This document shows positions 28,137 through 41,359 of a DNA stretch of 64,000 bases, one piece after another. Each line of letters opens with the position of its first letter. Positions within the stretch are counted from its first letter, which is position 1. A program made the position numbers and the translations under genes. A model generated the notes under the pieces. The model had not been told where the DNA came from and ran no database searches. It worked only from the letters and a program-made list of their open reading frames with translations. The stretch comes from the human T2T-CHM13v2.0 reference genome, Homo sapiens, in the NCBI RefSeq assembly GCF_009914755.1, contig NC_060941.1; one strand, 5' to 3'.

Positions 28137-28870
28137 TGTGGTAGACTTCTATTTGCCAAATATTCCTGATCCCTCCTTAGCCCCACCTTCTGGGCACATC
28201 ACAGGTGTATTAGTCCGTTCTCACGCTGCTAATAAAGACATACCCGAGCCTGGGTAATTTATAAAGGAAAGAGGTTTAATTGACTCACAGTTCCACATGG
28301 CTGGGGAGGCTTACAATCACAGCAGAAGGCAAATGAGGAGGAAAGTCATGTCTTACGTGGCAGCAGGAAAGAGAGCTTGTGCAGGGGAACTCCGCTTTAT
28401 AAAGCCGTCAGATCTCATGAGACTGTCACCATCATGAGAATGGCAAAGAAAAGACGCGCCCCCATGATTCAATTACCTCCCACCAGGTCCCTCCCACAAC
28501 ACATGGGAATTATGGGAGCTACAATTCAAGATGAGATTTGGGTTGGGACACAGCAAAACCATATCAACAGGACTACATTTCTTGGGCTCTGGTATTTGGT
28601 GGGGCCTTGTGACTGGTGCTGGGCAATGAGTTGTGAACAGAGGTAATGTATATCACTCATTACCCAGGCTGAGCCAATGTGCATTCCCCCAGAATGCACT
28701 GTGCCCCTCTGCCATGCTCCCTGGCAATATTCCAGAAAGTTCCCGCCTGAGTCCCAGAATATGGATGACAATGACAAGCGGGCTATCACCTCAGCTTCTG
28801 GTGATAGATACAGAGTGTAAGAAATACACTTTCATTATCTTAATCCATTAAGATATGGGGTCATTGCCAT
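28137..28870 (+). mobile_element. Old MLT1 (I/J-like) LTR interrupted by THE1
   Basis: tgtggtagac...acagg[THE1]actacatttc...gggccttgtgactgg...ggcaatgagttgtgaacagaggtaatg...gtaagaaatacacttt. Confidence 0.65.
28206..28566 (-). mobile_element. THE1C-like solo LTR
   Basis: tgtattagtccgttctcacgctgctaataaagac...aaaccatatca; exact TSD acagg. Confidence 0.93.
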
Positions 28871-29497
28871 AAGAGTGAGGAAGACAGCTAGTTTTGAAGG
28901 AAGAGAAAGGACAAAGCTTATGAAGGGATTTCTGGGGTGACTACCTATGCTCTATTTCCCAACCCCAGTGCTGGTTACAGGGACATTAGCTTTCTAATAA
29001 TATGATAAATATTTGTTTTGTGTGGGTTTCTGTATCTTTTTATTTGACATGAAAAAGTTACAAAATGTTTAAGGGTTATTACCACACCCTAATGCAACCA
29101 AAGCTGACTGATACACCATCGTGGTCCCTTTTATACCATGCTTTCTTATGTCTCAGTTATCCCCCTTCTGCTTCAATGTCAACAAATTTCTATCTTCTGA
29201 GATATGAGAACTAAAACGTTTGTTTTTTCTGATAAGTCTAAGTCTCTTAATGGAAAGGACAAAGCAGAAATTTGAAATGAAACATGAAATGCATTATGGA
29301 GGCAAAAAGTCTTCAAATCTGCCTTGTCTAGAATTTCCTTAGGGATTATGGCTTCATTACAAAAGGCAAGACATGACTGACCCTGAAATAGAGAATGCCA
29401 ATACTGGACCTCACCTGAACCCTCTCTCTGAGTCTACTTTTCCCTCTTCCAGATCCCACAACACAACTCCTTATGGTTAATTTTTAATGCGTGGCAC

Positions 29498-29798
29498 TTT
29501 TTCTTTTTTTTTTTTAAGACGGAGTATCACTCTGTCACCCAGGCTAGAGTGCAGTGGTGCAATCTCATGCTCACTGCAAGCTCCACCTCCCAGGTTCATG
29601 CCATTCTCCTGCTTCAGCCTCCCTAGTAGCTGGGACTACAGGCATATGCCACCACACCCGGCTAATTTTTTTGTATTTTTAGTAGAGACAGGGTTTCACC
29701 GTGTTGGCCAGGATGGTCTCGATCTCCTGACCTCATGATCTGCCCGCCTCGGCCTCCCAAAGTGCTGGGATTACAGGCGTGAGCCACCGTGCCTGGCC
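29498..29798 (-). mobile_element. Alu (Sc/Y-like)
   Basis: Full minus-strand Alu; TSD aatgc(g/a)tggcact. Confidence 0.95.
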
Positions 29799-30387
29799 CA
29801 ATGCATGGCACTCTTATTAGTTGTACACACAGAGTGGGGGCAAATTAAGATATTAGCTTCATGAGAGATATGTAGTGAGGAAGGCTCACCCAAGGGAGAA
29901 GGTCTTGATTACTTTCAGCTTGCTCTTATTGGCAAATGTCTGAAAGATATTCAAAGGAAGGCTCTAACACATCTACAGAAAAGCCAGGGTACAAAGGGCA
30001 GAGGGGAACTATAATGTCTTTCCCCTGCCACGAACCTAGCTCAAGCAATAAAGGTGGCACTTGTGACATAAGGGAGCTTGGAAAGACAGGGAGTCACTAG
30101 ACATTGTGCCAAAACAACTCCCACACCCCAACCAATGTTAGCCATAGAGAGGCAGGATGCTTTCCTTTTGGGGCCCTCAGCTAGTGTGATATTCTATAAT
30201 CCATTCCCCTTCTATGTATGTCCTCTCCTAAGTAAATCCATCATTCCAAAGGGAAATGACAAAGACTGCCAGTTCTTTTTTTAAAAAAATTATTGTTTGG
30301 GGGTTTTTTTGTTTGTTTCATTACTGATCTACTCATCTACAAAAGTTGTCTGCAGTTTCAACTGTATTTTAGAAATCTTGCCCTCTT

Positions 30388-30733
<346 letters not shown>

Positions 30734-31419
30734 TCAGATTCTTATCACCCTCCTGCAAAGCAAATTGCTGAGTATTCACTCCAGATTCAGCCCATTGAGG
30801 GTCCTCTGTCAGCACTTGGAGGCTGTTGACCAATAACTATTTCCCAAGCTCTGTGCATGCTAATCTAACCTCATTAAGCCAATGCAAGAAGCTATGTGAT
30901 TGATTTATCCTGTATAATAAAACCAGGTTATTACTCACAGGGCAACCTGGCACATTATCTGGTCCCTTCTGCAAGTGGTAGCAAACCAGCAACACAATAA
31001 ACTGCCTTGCTATTTCAGGAGAGATAAATTGCTAATCTGTGGTTGTCATACCACAAATGGATTTTCATTATAGTCTGGGGCAACACTAAACTTCAAGGTC
31101 CTGTAATTATAATCCATTGATTTTTTTATTGTCACCCACTAAAAGCAAAAGCATAAAATATTATCATTTTAACACCAAGTTCCAGTTGAGTGTGAACCCT
31201 GCTGCTGTAAATTACAGGTGGTAACCAACAGATTAAGCCAGTGACTCCCTTCTCCCTCATACCTAGAAACATGCCCGAGAGAAGCCGACACCAGGCATAA
31301 ATCATCTACAAAGGCATCAAAACAGGTCATCTTTTCCAAGCACAAGAGTCTGCCCTTTCTCTTTCATGGCATTTCTCTCTTTCTACCAAACATCTTAGTT
31401 GTTTGCAAGAGATTAAACA

Positions 31420-31670
31420 GCATACCAGTACAGTCTACAGACTCAGGAGGCAAAATGCTTTACTTTGAATCCTGGATCCTCTTATTCTTAGTTGTATAAT
31501 CTTGAGCAGCTGTGCCTCGGTTTTCTCCTCTGTGAAACGGGTAAGTTAATGAACGTGCTTACCTACCTTGCAGTGTTATTATGATGACTAAATGAGTTAA
31601 TTCACGTCAAGCACTTAAAACTGTACCTGCACAGAGAAAGCATTCAATGCATGTAAGGTATCATTCTTAT
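31420..31670 (+). mobile_element. MIR
   Basis: ctttgaatcctggatc...tgtgcctcggttttctcctctgtgaaacggg...aagcacttaaaac. Confidence 0.7.
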
Positions 31671-31940
31671 TACCATTATGATTACCACATGAAAGAAAGT
31701 ATGAGTGACTGTCATTCCTTGCCTTCTAGACTATAAGTCACTTTTTAGTAGGAAACTTGTTTTAGACATCTTTTAAAATATATATTTAGATATTAAGACT
31801 CTGAACTTATTAAAGGCAAATTCTGGAATTTACTAAACTTAAGGTCCCATGGGCCCAGCAGCATGCCTGTGGGGCTCACACCTAACTGGATCTTGGTGTT
31901 AAAGGTATAATGTTTTATGCTTCTGCTTTTAGATGGAGAT

Positions 31941-32083
31941 ATACTCTCTCTCTCTCTTTCTCTCTCTCTATATATGTATATATACGTATACATATCCATA
32001 TATAGATATATATACACATTATATATTTTATATATATATATATATATAATACATATATATATAGAGAGAGAGAGAGATAGTAT
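31941..32083. repeat. Compound (CT)n-(TA)n-(GA)n microsatellite
   Basis: Directly visible. Confidence 0.9.
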
Positions 32084-33949
32084 TAAACAACTACTGAATG
32101 AATAGAAGCTGGAAGTAATTTCCCACTTAGGAAGAAGACATTTTGACTATGAGACTAAGCCCCTAAGTGAACTGTGATTCCCACACAGAGTTACTGTAGA
32201 AAGGATTTCCACATCAAGTAGAAGGCTGAACCAGACGACCTTTAATAACTTTTATCAGTTGAGACTGTGAGATTCAATGACTCCATGACACTTGCAGATT
32301 CAGCTTCAGATTTCAGCCACTTTACGGGAAAAAGAGACACATCGAAAACTTGATCCTGGGACTTGCAACCCCACCGTGGCACTTCTCCAAGAAATGGATG
32401 GTTTTCACCTGTGGGAAATAAAGTAAGTATGAAGGTTTTTAACAATGGGAAAAAAGAGAAGGATCATCTAGCAGTGATTATAACCTAGACGGCCTAAGAC
32501 TTACCTCTAAAAGGACCCAAGGCAATGAACTTTCTCCTCGTGTACAAAAAAGGCCTTTATGCCCTATATTCTCATCATTGAAAGAGGTAGACAACAGGAG
32601 GGGGGCAAAATATGGCCTTCCAGATGTGTCAGGGTTGTGATAAGTCATGTTTAAACTTTACCCAAAGTGAAATAAAGTGTCAACAGAAACTCCTGTCCAA
32701 ACTCTCTGATCAGGTCAGGCAAACAACCAATCGAAAAAAAATCAATCAAATGTGAAAGGTGGCCCAAAGGGGTGGGAATGCTTAACTCCGGGATTCCCAT
32801 AGAAGCCAGGTCTATTTAGCAACATGTTTCTTGCGAGCTGCTGCTGCTTCTTGTGGTCCTGAAACAGCCAGAAAGCACACCAGAGGGTGTCCTTTCATGA
32901 GCTGGCTTGACCCTGAGCAGGCTGAGAAGTTGGTGGCATTTGCCAATGCCATGAAGAAGGAAGGATTCTGGGACGGATGAGCTCAAAACTGATTGTCTGA
33001 TCAGCCCCAGGGTCAGTGCTTTGAGAAGAGAGATGGTCTACACACCTAAGAGGAATGGGAAATTTAGCCTTGATCTGGAATTCTATAAGTGCTCAAAGAA
33101 ATTAGTTAGTTCTTGAAGGTGAAAGAGGAGAGCAAAAACTTCTAAGTACACCTGGCAGAGTGGTAGCAATATGCTTCCACATGGCCTGTCCAGTTGGAAA
33201 CAGACTGCATTTCCCCAGGGGTAAGGAGTCGGCAGGAACCAGACAGAAGCTTGAAGCCCAGCCAAACAGACTAGTGTGTAGGACAGGATTACAATTGCAA
33301 GAAGGAGGTAAAGTATATATAAATCAGAAATGGGAGAAAGGATCCAATCTTATGAATGGAATAAATATGGCACAATTCAATGGGTTTTGTGGACAAGAAG
33401 GTGTTTGGATCTTACCTTCCACAACAAATCAAATTCTAGATGCCTAGTGCAGATGGAACTCTTAAAGCATCACCATTCTATCTGGGTACGCCCAGGAACC
33501 AAATGGGCTGATGGTTTCAGCTAGATAAGACTGGAAGACAGCAAGGACTTGGAAATGTACTCACAGACCCTCCTACCCGTGATAACTGACTTCAGAGCAC
33601 ACCTTCATTCCCACCTTTCTATATTTTAACATGGGATTGAGACTGGGACAGAGGTTAACAAGGCATCTCAAGCCAATCAAGAACTAGATGCACATAACTG
33701 CATTTGATGGGGAAGTAAAAATTACTACAAATTTAAAAAAAAGTGTATATACGTTCACCAAGTAGCTATAATTCTAGGGTCTTATTTTTAAGGAAAAAAA
33801 AATGCATTAAAGGTAGAAAAGGAGAAACATAGGTGGAGGGAGAGGAAGAAAGCTGGAGAGGAAGGCATTTTGAACATCTATCACTATTATATTAGGAACT
33901 TCACATGAACCATCTCATTTACCTCTCACAAAATCTATGAGATTGAGAC

Positions 33950-34370
33950 AATGCTGCTTATTATGGCATCGTTAATCATAGTGAAAAATTGAAAACAGCC
34001 TTCTTGTATACTGCTAAGAGTGAGTAAGCATTATGCTGCACCCTCATAATGTTTTACCACAGAGCCTTTAAAACTGTTTATAAAGAATTCTGTCCTGATA
34101 GGCAATGTTCATAGTAAAATGGTAGTAGAAGTATATAAAATTGGTTATGCAATAGAGTTACCAAAATAATTATATATTTTACTTGTTTATATGTGTGTAT
34201 GTATGCAGTATAGCTGTATCTTAATGTATCCACATGTTTATTAAAAAATTACGGTTATAAATGGGTGGTGGGATCATGAATTATATTTATTTTCTTCCTT
34301 ACTCTTTTCTATGCTTTCCAAAATTTTACAATGAGCATAACTACTTTTATAATAAGACAATGAAAATCTT
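33950..34370 (+). mobile_element. Ancient L1ME-like 3' fragment
   Basis: atagtgaaaaattgaaaacagcct, tgggtggtgggatcatg and ttttacaatgagcataactacttttataat. Confidence 0.5.
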
Positions 34371-36066
34371 TAATATAAACAGCTTATTTACCATATGCTG
34401 TTAATGCTAATATCTGAACATACAGTACTTTGCGAAAACACCATCATCAAAGGAATTGACAGGGCTATATTTGTCAAACAAAGACAAACTACAGTCAATA
34501 GGAAAACACCTAAAATATGTCAATAAATGCTCTGCTGCTATCGGCCTTGCAATATACTTTATCTAGTCTCATAAAAAAAAATCATGAGGCATATGACCCA
34601 AACAAATATATATTCAATGTGTTTCTAGTTTGAAAATAATATGCCCTGATAGTGTTCTCCATTGCTATTGAGACTACTTTGCATCTAGAAACATTTGCTT
34701 AGAAAATGATTAAAATCATATATGTGTTATTGTTATTCCCACTTTTTAAAATCTAAATAGTAAGTTTTAGTTTGTAGCATGTTTTATTAATCAATACCAA
34801 TCCTAAGATAATAAGCCTAAGATAAAGAGTGTCATAAACATTTTAATAAGAACATATGGTGGGGGAAATTGACAGAGCGAGGCCTTTGAAGGGCGGTTTT
34901 CTTTCTCTAAAGCAAGGTCATAAAAGGCCTTGGGAGATGAAAATAGATTGGGTAGGACCCAGTGGTCCATCACTGAGCATGGCAGGCAGGGGGTGGCTTC
35001 CTTCCTTCTGCTTAACCCTACGGCCCACCTGTGCCCTCATCAACGGCCTGGGACTCTAAGTCAGAGAGGGCTGAAAAGTGCTAATGAGACAAACTGGAAG
35101 GCAAATCGTATTTAATGCCAAGAGACGTAACTGATTTGGAGTTTAACAGCTATAAACCATGACTATTCCAAGATGGTCCAGATGGGAGACTTTTCATTAT
35201 ATTCAAGAGTTTAGATTTAGGCAAGTAGGGCTATGTTATCTAGAGGACTCTATCTTGTTAAATACTCAAGGGTGTTTCCAAGGAAGAGTATACAATATCT
35301 TGCTTGGAATATTACCATGGATAAGGTAGATATTAAGAGTAAATGATTGCTTACACACAACCATTTGAAAAGCAGTAAAAGAGACCTGCAACCAAAAGTG
35401 TTTTCTTCCTTAAAGTATTATGATACCTACGGTTTCACCATTGGAAAATTGAGCTACGCATTATTTTTTTTCAAGAACCTCACTTAAAAAGGCTAATAGA
35501 GTTGCTAGTGGTAACACAATGCAATGACTTGCTGGCATTTGGCCACACAACAACAAACTAGCATGTGTTCCTCCATAGATGCAGAGATCTGAAATAGCCA
35601 GAACACTGCTCAGAGAAAAGGGGAGAGTCTCCAGAAGAAAAAAGACACCAAAAAATCTGCAAATGATGGAAGGAGAAGTAGTCCATGGGAAGCAACGTTG
35701 AAAACTGCATAATCCCCAGTCTCACCTTGGGTGGCTCCTGCGTTTGGTTCTCCAAGGCAGCAGGAGGGATGAAATAGTCATGAACATTCCCTTCAGATCC
35801 AGAGTTTCTGCATCCAGTTATTACATCCATTGCAAGTCTCTTAGTGACCTCCTTTCCATTTCTCACACTGTGAATGGACACAGGACCCACCAGAAGGGGA
35901 GGCAGACATCTTTTGAAGCCAATCTTGATAAAGGAGGTGCTTCCTTTTCACCCCATAGTCAGCCAATTTGTTGCCTATAAGCTAAAAACCAAACCTAAAT
36001 ACTGAATTTGAAACTTAGCACAATCACCACCACCATCCGAGCTCTCTGGAACCTACAGGTGGTAAA

Positions 36067-36195
36067 CAGGGTTTCTCAACCACAGCACTACTGACTTTTG
36101 GAACCAGTTAATCTCTTGTGGGACAAAGGGCTGACAGCTTTCCTGCACAGTGTAGGGATTTTAGTGGCATCCCTGGCCTCTACTCACTGGTTTTC
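36067..36195 (-). mobile_element. MER20 fragment
   Basis: cagggtttctcaaccacagcactactgacttttgg...gcatccctggcctctactcact. Confidence 0.7.
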
Positions 36196-37999
36196 CCCCA
36201 GATGATAACCACTGCACTAAATGAACAGAAATCTTTATTCTCAAGAAATGCAGGCTACATAAGTGCAGTCCCATCTCATTCAATGCTTTGTGCCAAAGTT
36301 CCCCACTGGACTTGCAGCATGATTATAAACTCAGGGGTAACAGCAATGGATGCCTCTTCCAGGTCTATGCAAAAGCTTGAACAATAAAAAGACAATTCCC
36401 ATGACTAGGAGAGACCTTCCCAAGAAGACCATTGGCCGATAAGTCCAAAAGCTGTTGGGTTCTCCGCATGTGTGGTCCTAATTAGGAGATCTGGGTAGCA
36501 TTTGTAAACAAGGCATTTACATCTTTGTCCAACTGCCTATAGTATGGGAAGTTATCTCCATAAGGGACATCTCAGTTGACTCATAGCAGAATTACCATAA
36601 ACATCTCTATGATTCCCCATGTTATATTGTCACTCTGATCCCTGGCTGGGTTTGAGAACATATAAAAGATAGTACAGAGACTCTCTATCTCATCCTGGTA
36701 CCATCTTGCAGTGGCTCATCTGGAGTTAGAACCTACCCATCTCTCGTCTTCAGAGTCGACGAGGTACCTTGGAATCAAAGACCATAAAAGTCAACGCTGG
36801 AAAGAACATAAAAAAAAACCACCCAACCAGCCCCTCATTTCACAGCGAAATTGGAAAGGGTTATCAGCTAAAAATGGACTGATCTAGTTTATAGCACTAA
36901 GGAAAAAATAGCCTCAAAGCAAACAGAAACCTCAAACCAATGACAGTCAATCCTGCTTGGGTGGCTCTAGCTCTTTGCGGGAAAGCAGTAAAGCCCTCAA
37001 ACATTTTTTTTCTTTTAATATTTTTAACTTGAAAAACTAAACATGCTCTATAGATCATTTCTGAAACTCCAAATGTTTAGAAAGGCAAGCTTTTTTTTTT
37101 TTTTTCACCCTGAAGCACTAGACAGACTGGTAGAAAAGGGGGAGGCAAAGGTGGATTATTTTTTAAGCCATTCATTTATCCACACTTCCTCTGATCCTTT
37201 CCCCTCCCCACACCATCCCCTGCTGTCATTTATCAAGACTGCTCCAATCCTGTGGAATTCCACTCATTCTTCATCAGGGCTTTGACCTCCTCCAATCAAA
37301 CAAGCAAGGTACATTCTGGGAGAGTGCTAATGCCAGGGTATCGGGGGTGCAGAGGAGGAAACAATCGATGCTCCAGGACTTTCCCACGCTTAGTGGAATC
37401 AATTTTATCGGTGTTTGGACACTGGATGTCAAGGCTGGTCAAATGGAAGCCAAAGGTTCTGTGGGGGAGGGACTGACAGAGGCTGCTGCTGAGGCTTCAC
37501 TCATGGGACAGCTTCCTGGAAGGGGCTGGTTACCTCAAGTCCAGATCATTCAGAGGGACATGAGGATCACACTCCGCCAATGCAGATGTTGAGGGACCTT
37601 CCCTCTAAGATGTGAAAAAGACCCCAAGCAAAGTTCCCAATGTGCCCTCTCTGCACCTTAGAAAACCACAAGGAAATATGGATTGGTTCCAGAAAAAGGC
37701 AGATGCCACAGGCACTGGGCCCTGCCTTCATGATTGCATCAAAACTGTTCACGCAGCTGCCTTCTCTCAATTATCCAAGAGCTGTTAGTCTTCATGAGTC
37801 TTGTCCAAATCTTTTGCCTTTTCTCTTCCTTTGGCTGTTCCCTGGGATCGTGATGATTACTGCTCTCATCCAAGGTGAACAGAAGGTGAAATTCAAACCG
37901 GTCAGGCTGCTGATAGAATGTTTGGAAAGAGAAGGCAGGTGAAGCTGCTGCCTCAGTGGAGACCCTGACCTTCTACCTGCTGTCCCTCCCACTTTCTCA

Positions 38000-38340
38000 A
38001 AGGCACCAATCTATGCTACACCTCTGGGCTGTGTTCACGTTGCTTCATCATTCCATGGCCCTTTGTCCCCCGACCCTTGCCATCTACTGAACATCCCTCC
38101 TGATAGCAGGACTCAGTTCATGCTCCTGGGTGAAGCTGTCCCTAATGTGCCCTAGTAAGTTGCCTCTCCCTCAACTCTGTTCCCATTCTGCCAGAAATAA
38201 AGTGACTATAATTTTCTGTTAATGTTTGAGCTCCTCTGAAGGCAGATTCATCTTTACCTGATTCATCTTCACATTCCCTGGTCCCAGCACAATGGGTAGT
38301 ATATACTAGATGTTCTATAATTATTCGATGAGCACATTAA
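38000..38340 (+). mobile_element. L2 fragment
   Basis: tgagctcctctgaaggcagattc...cccagcacaatg degenerate L2 3' region. Confidence 0.5.
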
Positions 38341-38821
38341 TCTGTAGATTTTTATAATCAAGATTCTTTCCACTCCTTATAATTCCAGAAACTGGGGCCT
38401 TAAGTGGGTGCAAATGTTTGTCTAAACCAATACATTGACTGCTCTACAAGAAAATGCTGGTGTGGTCCTTCAGATATTCTGCCAGGTACCTCCCCACCTA
38501 ATCCCTGACCGTAGCCTCAGCCCAACTGCTCTGAAGCTTCTAGTACCTGCATGGCTGGACAAGGGACACTGGGATCACCACCCACAACCCTGCATGCTGC
38601 AATCTTCTTCCCACACCAACCCCACTCTCTCTGCCCCAAGCAAGATGACTATGCAAACGAGAGAAGGCCTAGGATCTCAAGTCCCAGTGACTCACCTGCC
38701 AGCTCTAGGCATACATATATGACCTGTAGACTTCATATTAAATCATCCTCTTCCTGATACCAAACATCCTTATGGGTGACTGGTACATCCTCTGGTAATC
38801 CAAAAATGTCCTACATACCTG

Positions 38822-39497
38822 TGTGATGTAGTAAGCTACTGTCTCCCAGCTCCCAAACCTCCAATACCCTGCTCTGGGACGCTAAAAGAGTCTCTGTAAA
38901 TCATGTTTTTCCTTTGCTAGTTGCTCCTAATAGATAGATTCTGGCAATAGGGGGCAGTAAAGGGAGATTGGAATCAGGAGAAGGCAGAATGCATTTCCCC
39001 ACTTTTTTTTTACTTGCTGCTCCCGCCAGTGCTACCTAGCAGCAATACTTCATCCCTACAGCAGCAGTTGGATACAGCCCCCATCTCCTAGAGTCAGCCT
39101 CAAAGTGCTTTCTCAGAGGTACAAGCTCTAGGAAGTCAGTATTGCTCCTTCCTTAGATATTTGAATTCCAGCTCTATAAGATCCCTCCTTCAATCTCCTG
39201 GGATGCCATCAGCAGCCATATAGGGCCTCCCCCTCAGAGGCTGGGCTTCAACTCCTCAAGACCCTTCCTCTGATCCTTTAGGTTGCAATAGACCTAATCT
39301 TTTCCCTTATTCCCCAGCCCTGGTAGGGGTAGCTTCTTCCTGAAGTTACTATCTCTATGTTATCTCATTGTTCCCATTTCATTACTTCAGCCTTCCAAAA
39401 AGGCTGAAATATATATAACCAACTTCCTAAATTAAATCCCCTCTGTTGAAACACCTAATGTGCTTTCTGTATTCCTGCATGCACCTTAACTAACACA
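38822..39497 (+). mobile_element. LTR41-like (ERVL) solo LTR
   Basis: ctcccagctcccaaacc...ctctgtaaatcatg...ctggcaatagggggcagtaaagggaga...attaaatcccctctgttgaaacaccta...taacaca matches LTR41 architecture. Confidence 0.75.
38943..38957 (+). promoter_or_regulatory. Candidate CTCF motif in LTR41
   Basis: GGCAATAGGGGGCAG resembles the CCASYAGRKGGCR core; occupancy unknown. Confidence 0.4.
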
Positions 39498-39564
39498 ATA
39501 TCCCAAAATTCTTTCTGGTTGTTACCTAAGGGAGAAATCTGAAAATCAACTCAACATAATGCTT

Positions 39565-40253
39565 AGGAAACAACAGGTGCTGGAGAGGATGTGCAGAAAT
39601 AGGAACACTTTTACACTGTTGGTGGGACTGTAAACGAGTTCAACCATTGTGGAAGACAGTGTGGCGATTCCTCAAGGATCTAGAACTAGAAATACCATTT
39701 GACCCAGCCATCCCATTACCGGGTATATACCCATAGGATTATAAATCATGCTGCTATAAAGACATATGCACATGTATGTTTATTGCAGCACTATTCACAA
39801 TAGCAAAGACTTCGAACCAACCCAGATGTCCATCAATCATAGACTGGATTAAGAAAATGTGGCACATACACACCATGGAATACTATGCAGCCATAAAAAG
39901 GATGAGTTCATGTCCTTTGTAGGGACATGGATGAAGCTGGAAACCATCATTCTCAGCAAACTATCACAAGGATAAAAAACCAAACACCACATGTTATCAT
40001 TCATAGGTAGGAATTGAACAATGAGAACACTTGGACACAGGAAGGGGAACATCACACACTGGGGCTTGTCGTGGGGTGGGGGGAGGGGGGAGGGGTAGCA
40101 TTAGGAGATATACCTAATGTAAATGACGAGTTAATGGGTGCAGCACACCAACATGGCACATTTATACATATGTAACAAATCTGCACGTTGTGCACATGTA
40201 CCCTAGAACTTAAAGTATAATTAAAAAATAATAATAAAAAAACAAAAAACAAA
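39565..40253 (+). mobile_element. L1PA 3' ~690 bp including the ORF2 C-terminal remnant
   Basis: Translates GNNRCWRGCAEIGTLLHCWWDCK (ORF2 cysteine-rich region), followed by the 3' UTR G-tract and poly-A. Confidence 0.95.
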
Positions 40254-41359
40254 ATGGCAGCAGAGTTTAATTCACGTATTTCACTATGGTTTTGATACTA
40301 GTGAAATACTAGTATCAAGTATACATTGAACAAGTATCAAAGTATACTTGTCCAAAGTTATTTGGACAAGCCTACAACCTCCTTGAGTTTCTAGTCTTGA
40401 AACCACAGTGGGAGCAGATAATCTCAGCTTCTTGCTCTGTCTTAAAAATGCAGCAAAAAGACAGCCCACATAAAAGAGCTTTAAGGTCTATGTTAGAAAA
40501 GCACCATCAGCAATACATAACTACTTTGACTAACAACAGGCTGCAAAGACACTCCCTAGTTTTGATCTCAATAGGCTCTGCAAAACAGTTCTTTCACCTA
40601 TGCCAACCACACAGGAAATATTTCAGAGCTGCTGCTTTGTGGAAGGTTCACACCTTGATGGGAAGAGCTTTAAATCTCCCATTTCCTGTATTGATAAGAG
40701 CATGATCACCTATTTTCAAAATAAGGTTCATTCTCAAATGTTGCAATGCCAGGTAGGCCATCCTCTCTGCTGGGAGAAGAAGTACTTGGAGGGTGTCAGT
40801 TTTGAGAAAAGGATGAGAAGCAGAGGGGAGGGAAACAGCGGAGTAAGGACAGGAAGAATATTTTTTGTTCATGTTTGGAGCTATGCCAAGGTGTTATATT
40901 CCCATTAAGAATGGCTAGATCTGGAAGAAACTTGATGGATTAGTGGAAAGTGGAGGTGGGGAGAGAAGGCGGCACCATCAATTGCTGAAATTGGCCCCAG
41001 ACAGGTTTCCTCATTGTTCTGCCAATTGGTTTTGCAATAAATTGGAGGAAATTTGGCGAGATATTCAACCAGGGCATGGACAGTGTACTAGGACCAAAAT
41101 AAACAATGGTGAATAACTTGGCAGTTTTTTATTGGATATTTCAGAAGTGAGTTATGAGACACCAAGTTGTGAGTTAGTTCTTACAAGTTTACATAGTGAG
41201 AATTAAAATAAGGCGATAGATGACAAGTTTTGCTCTTAAAATTTGGGAGACAAATACCAAATAGGAAATCTAGTTACAAAACATACAATGACCCAGAGAA
41301 GAAAAACAGAATAAGGTCAAATATTTGAGATGACATAGCACATAGTCAACATATTGAAC

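Noticed and set aside
40071-40096. G-quadruplex-like G-tract (also 60601-60626)
   Set aside because: Ordinary L1 3' UTR feature, or a G-run within an MLT1 LTR; nothing locus-specific.
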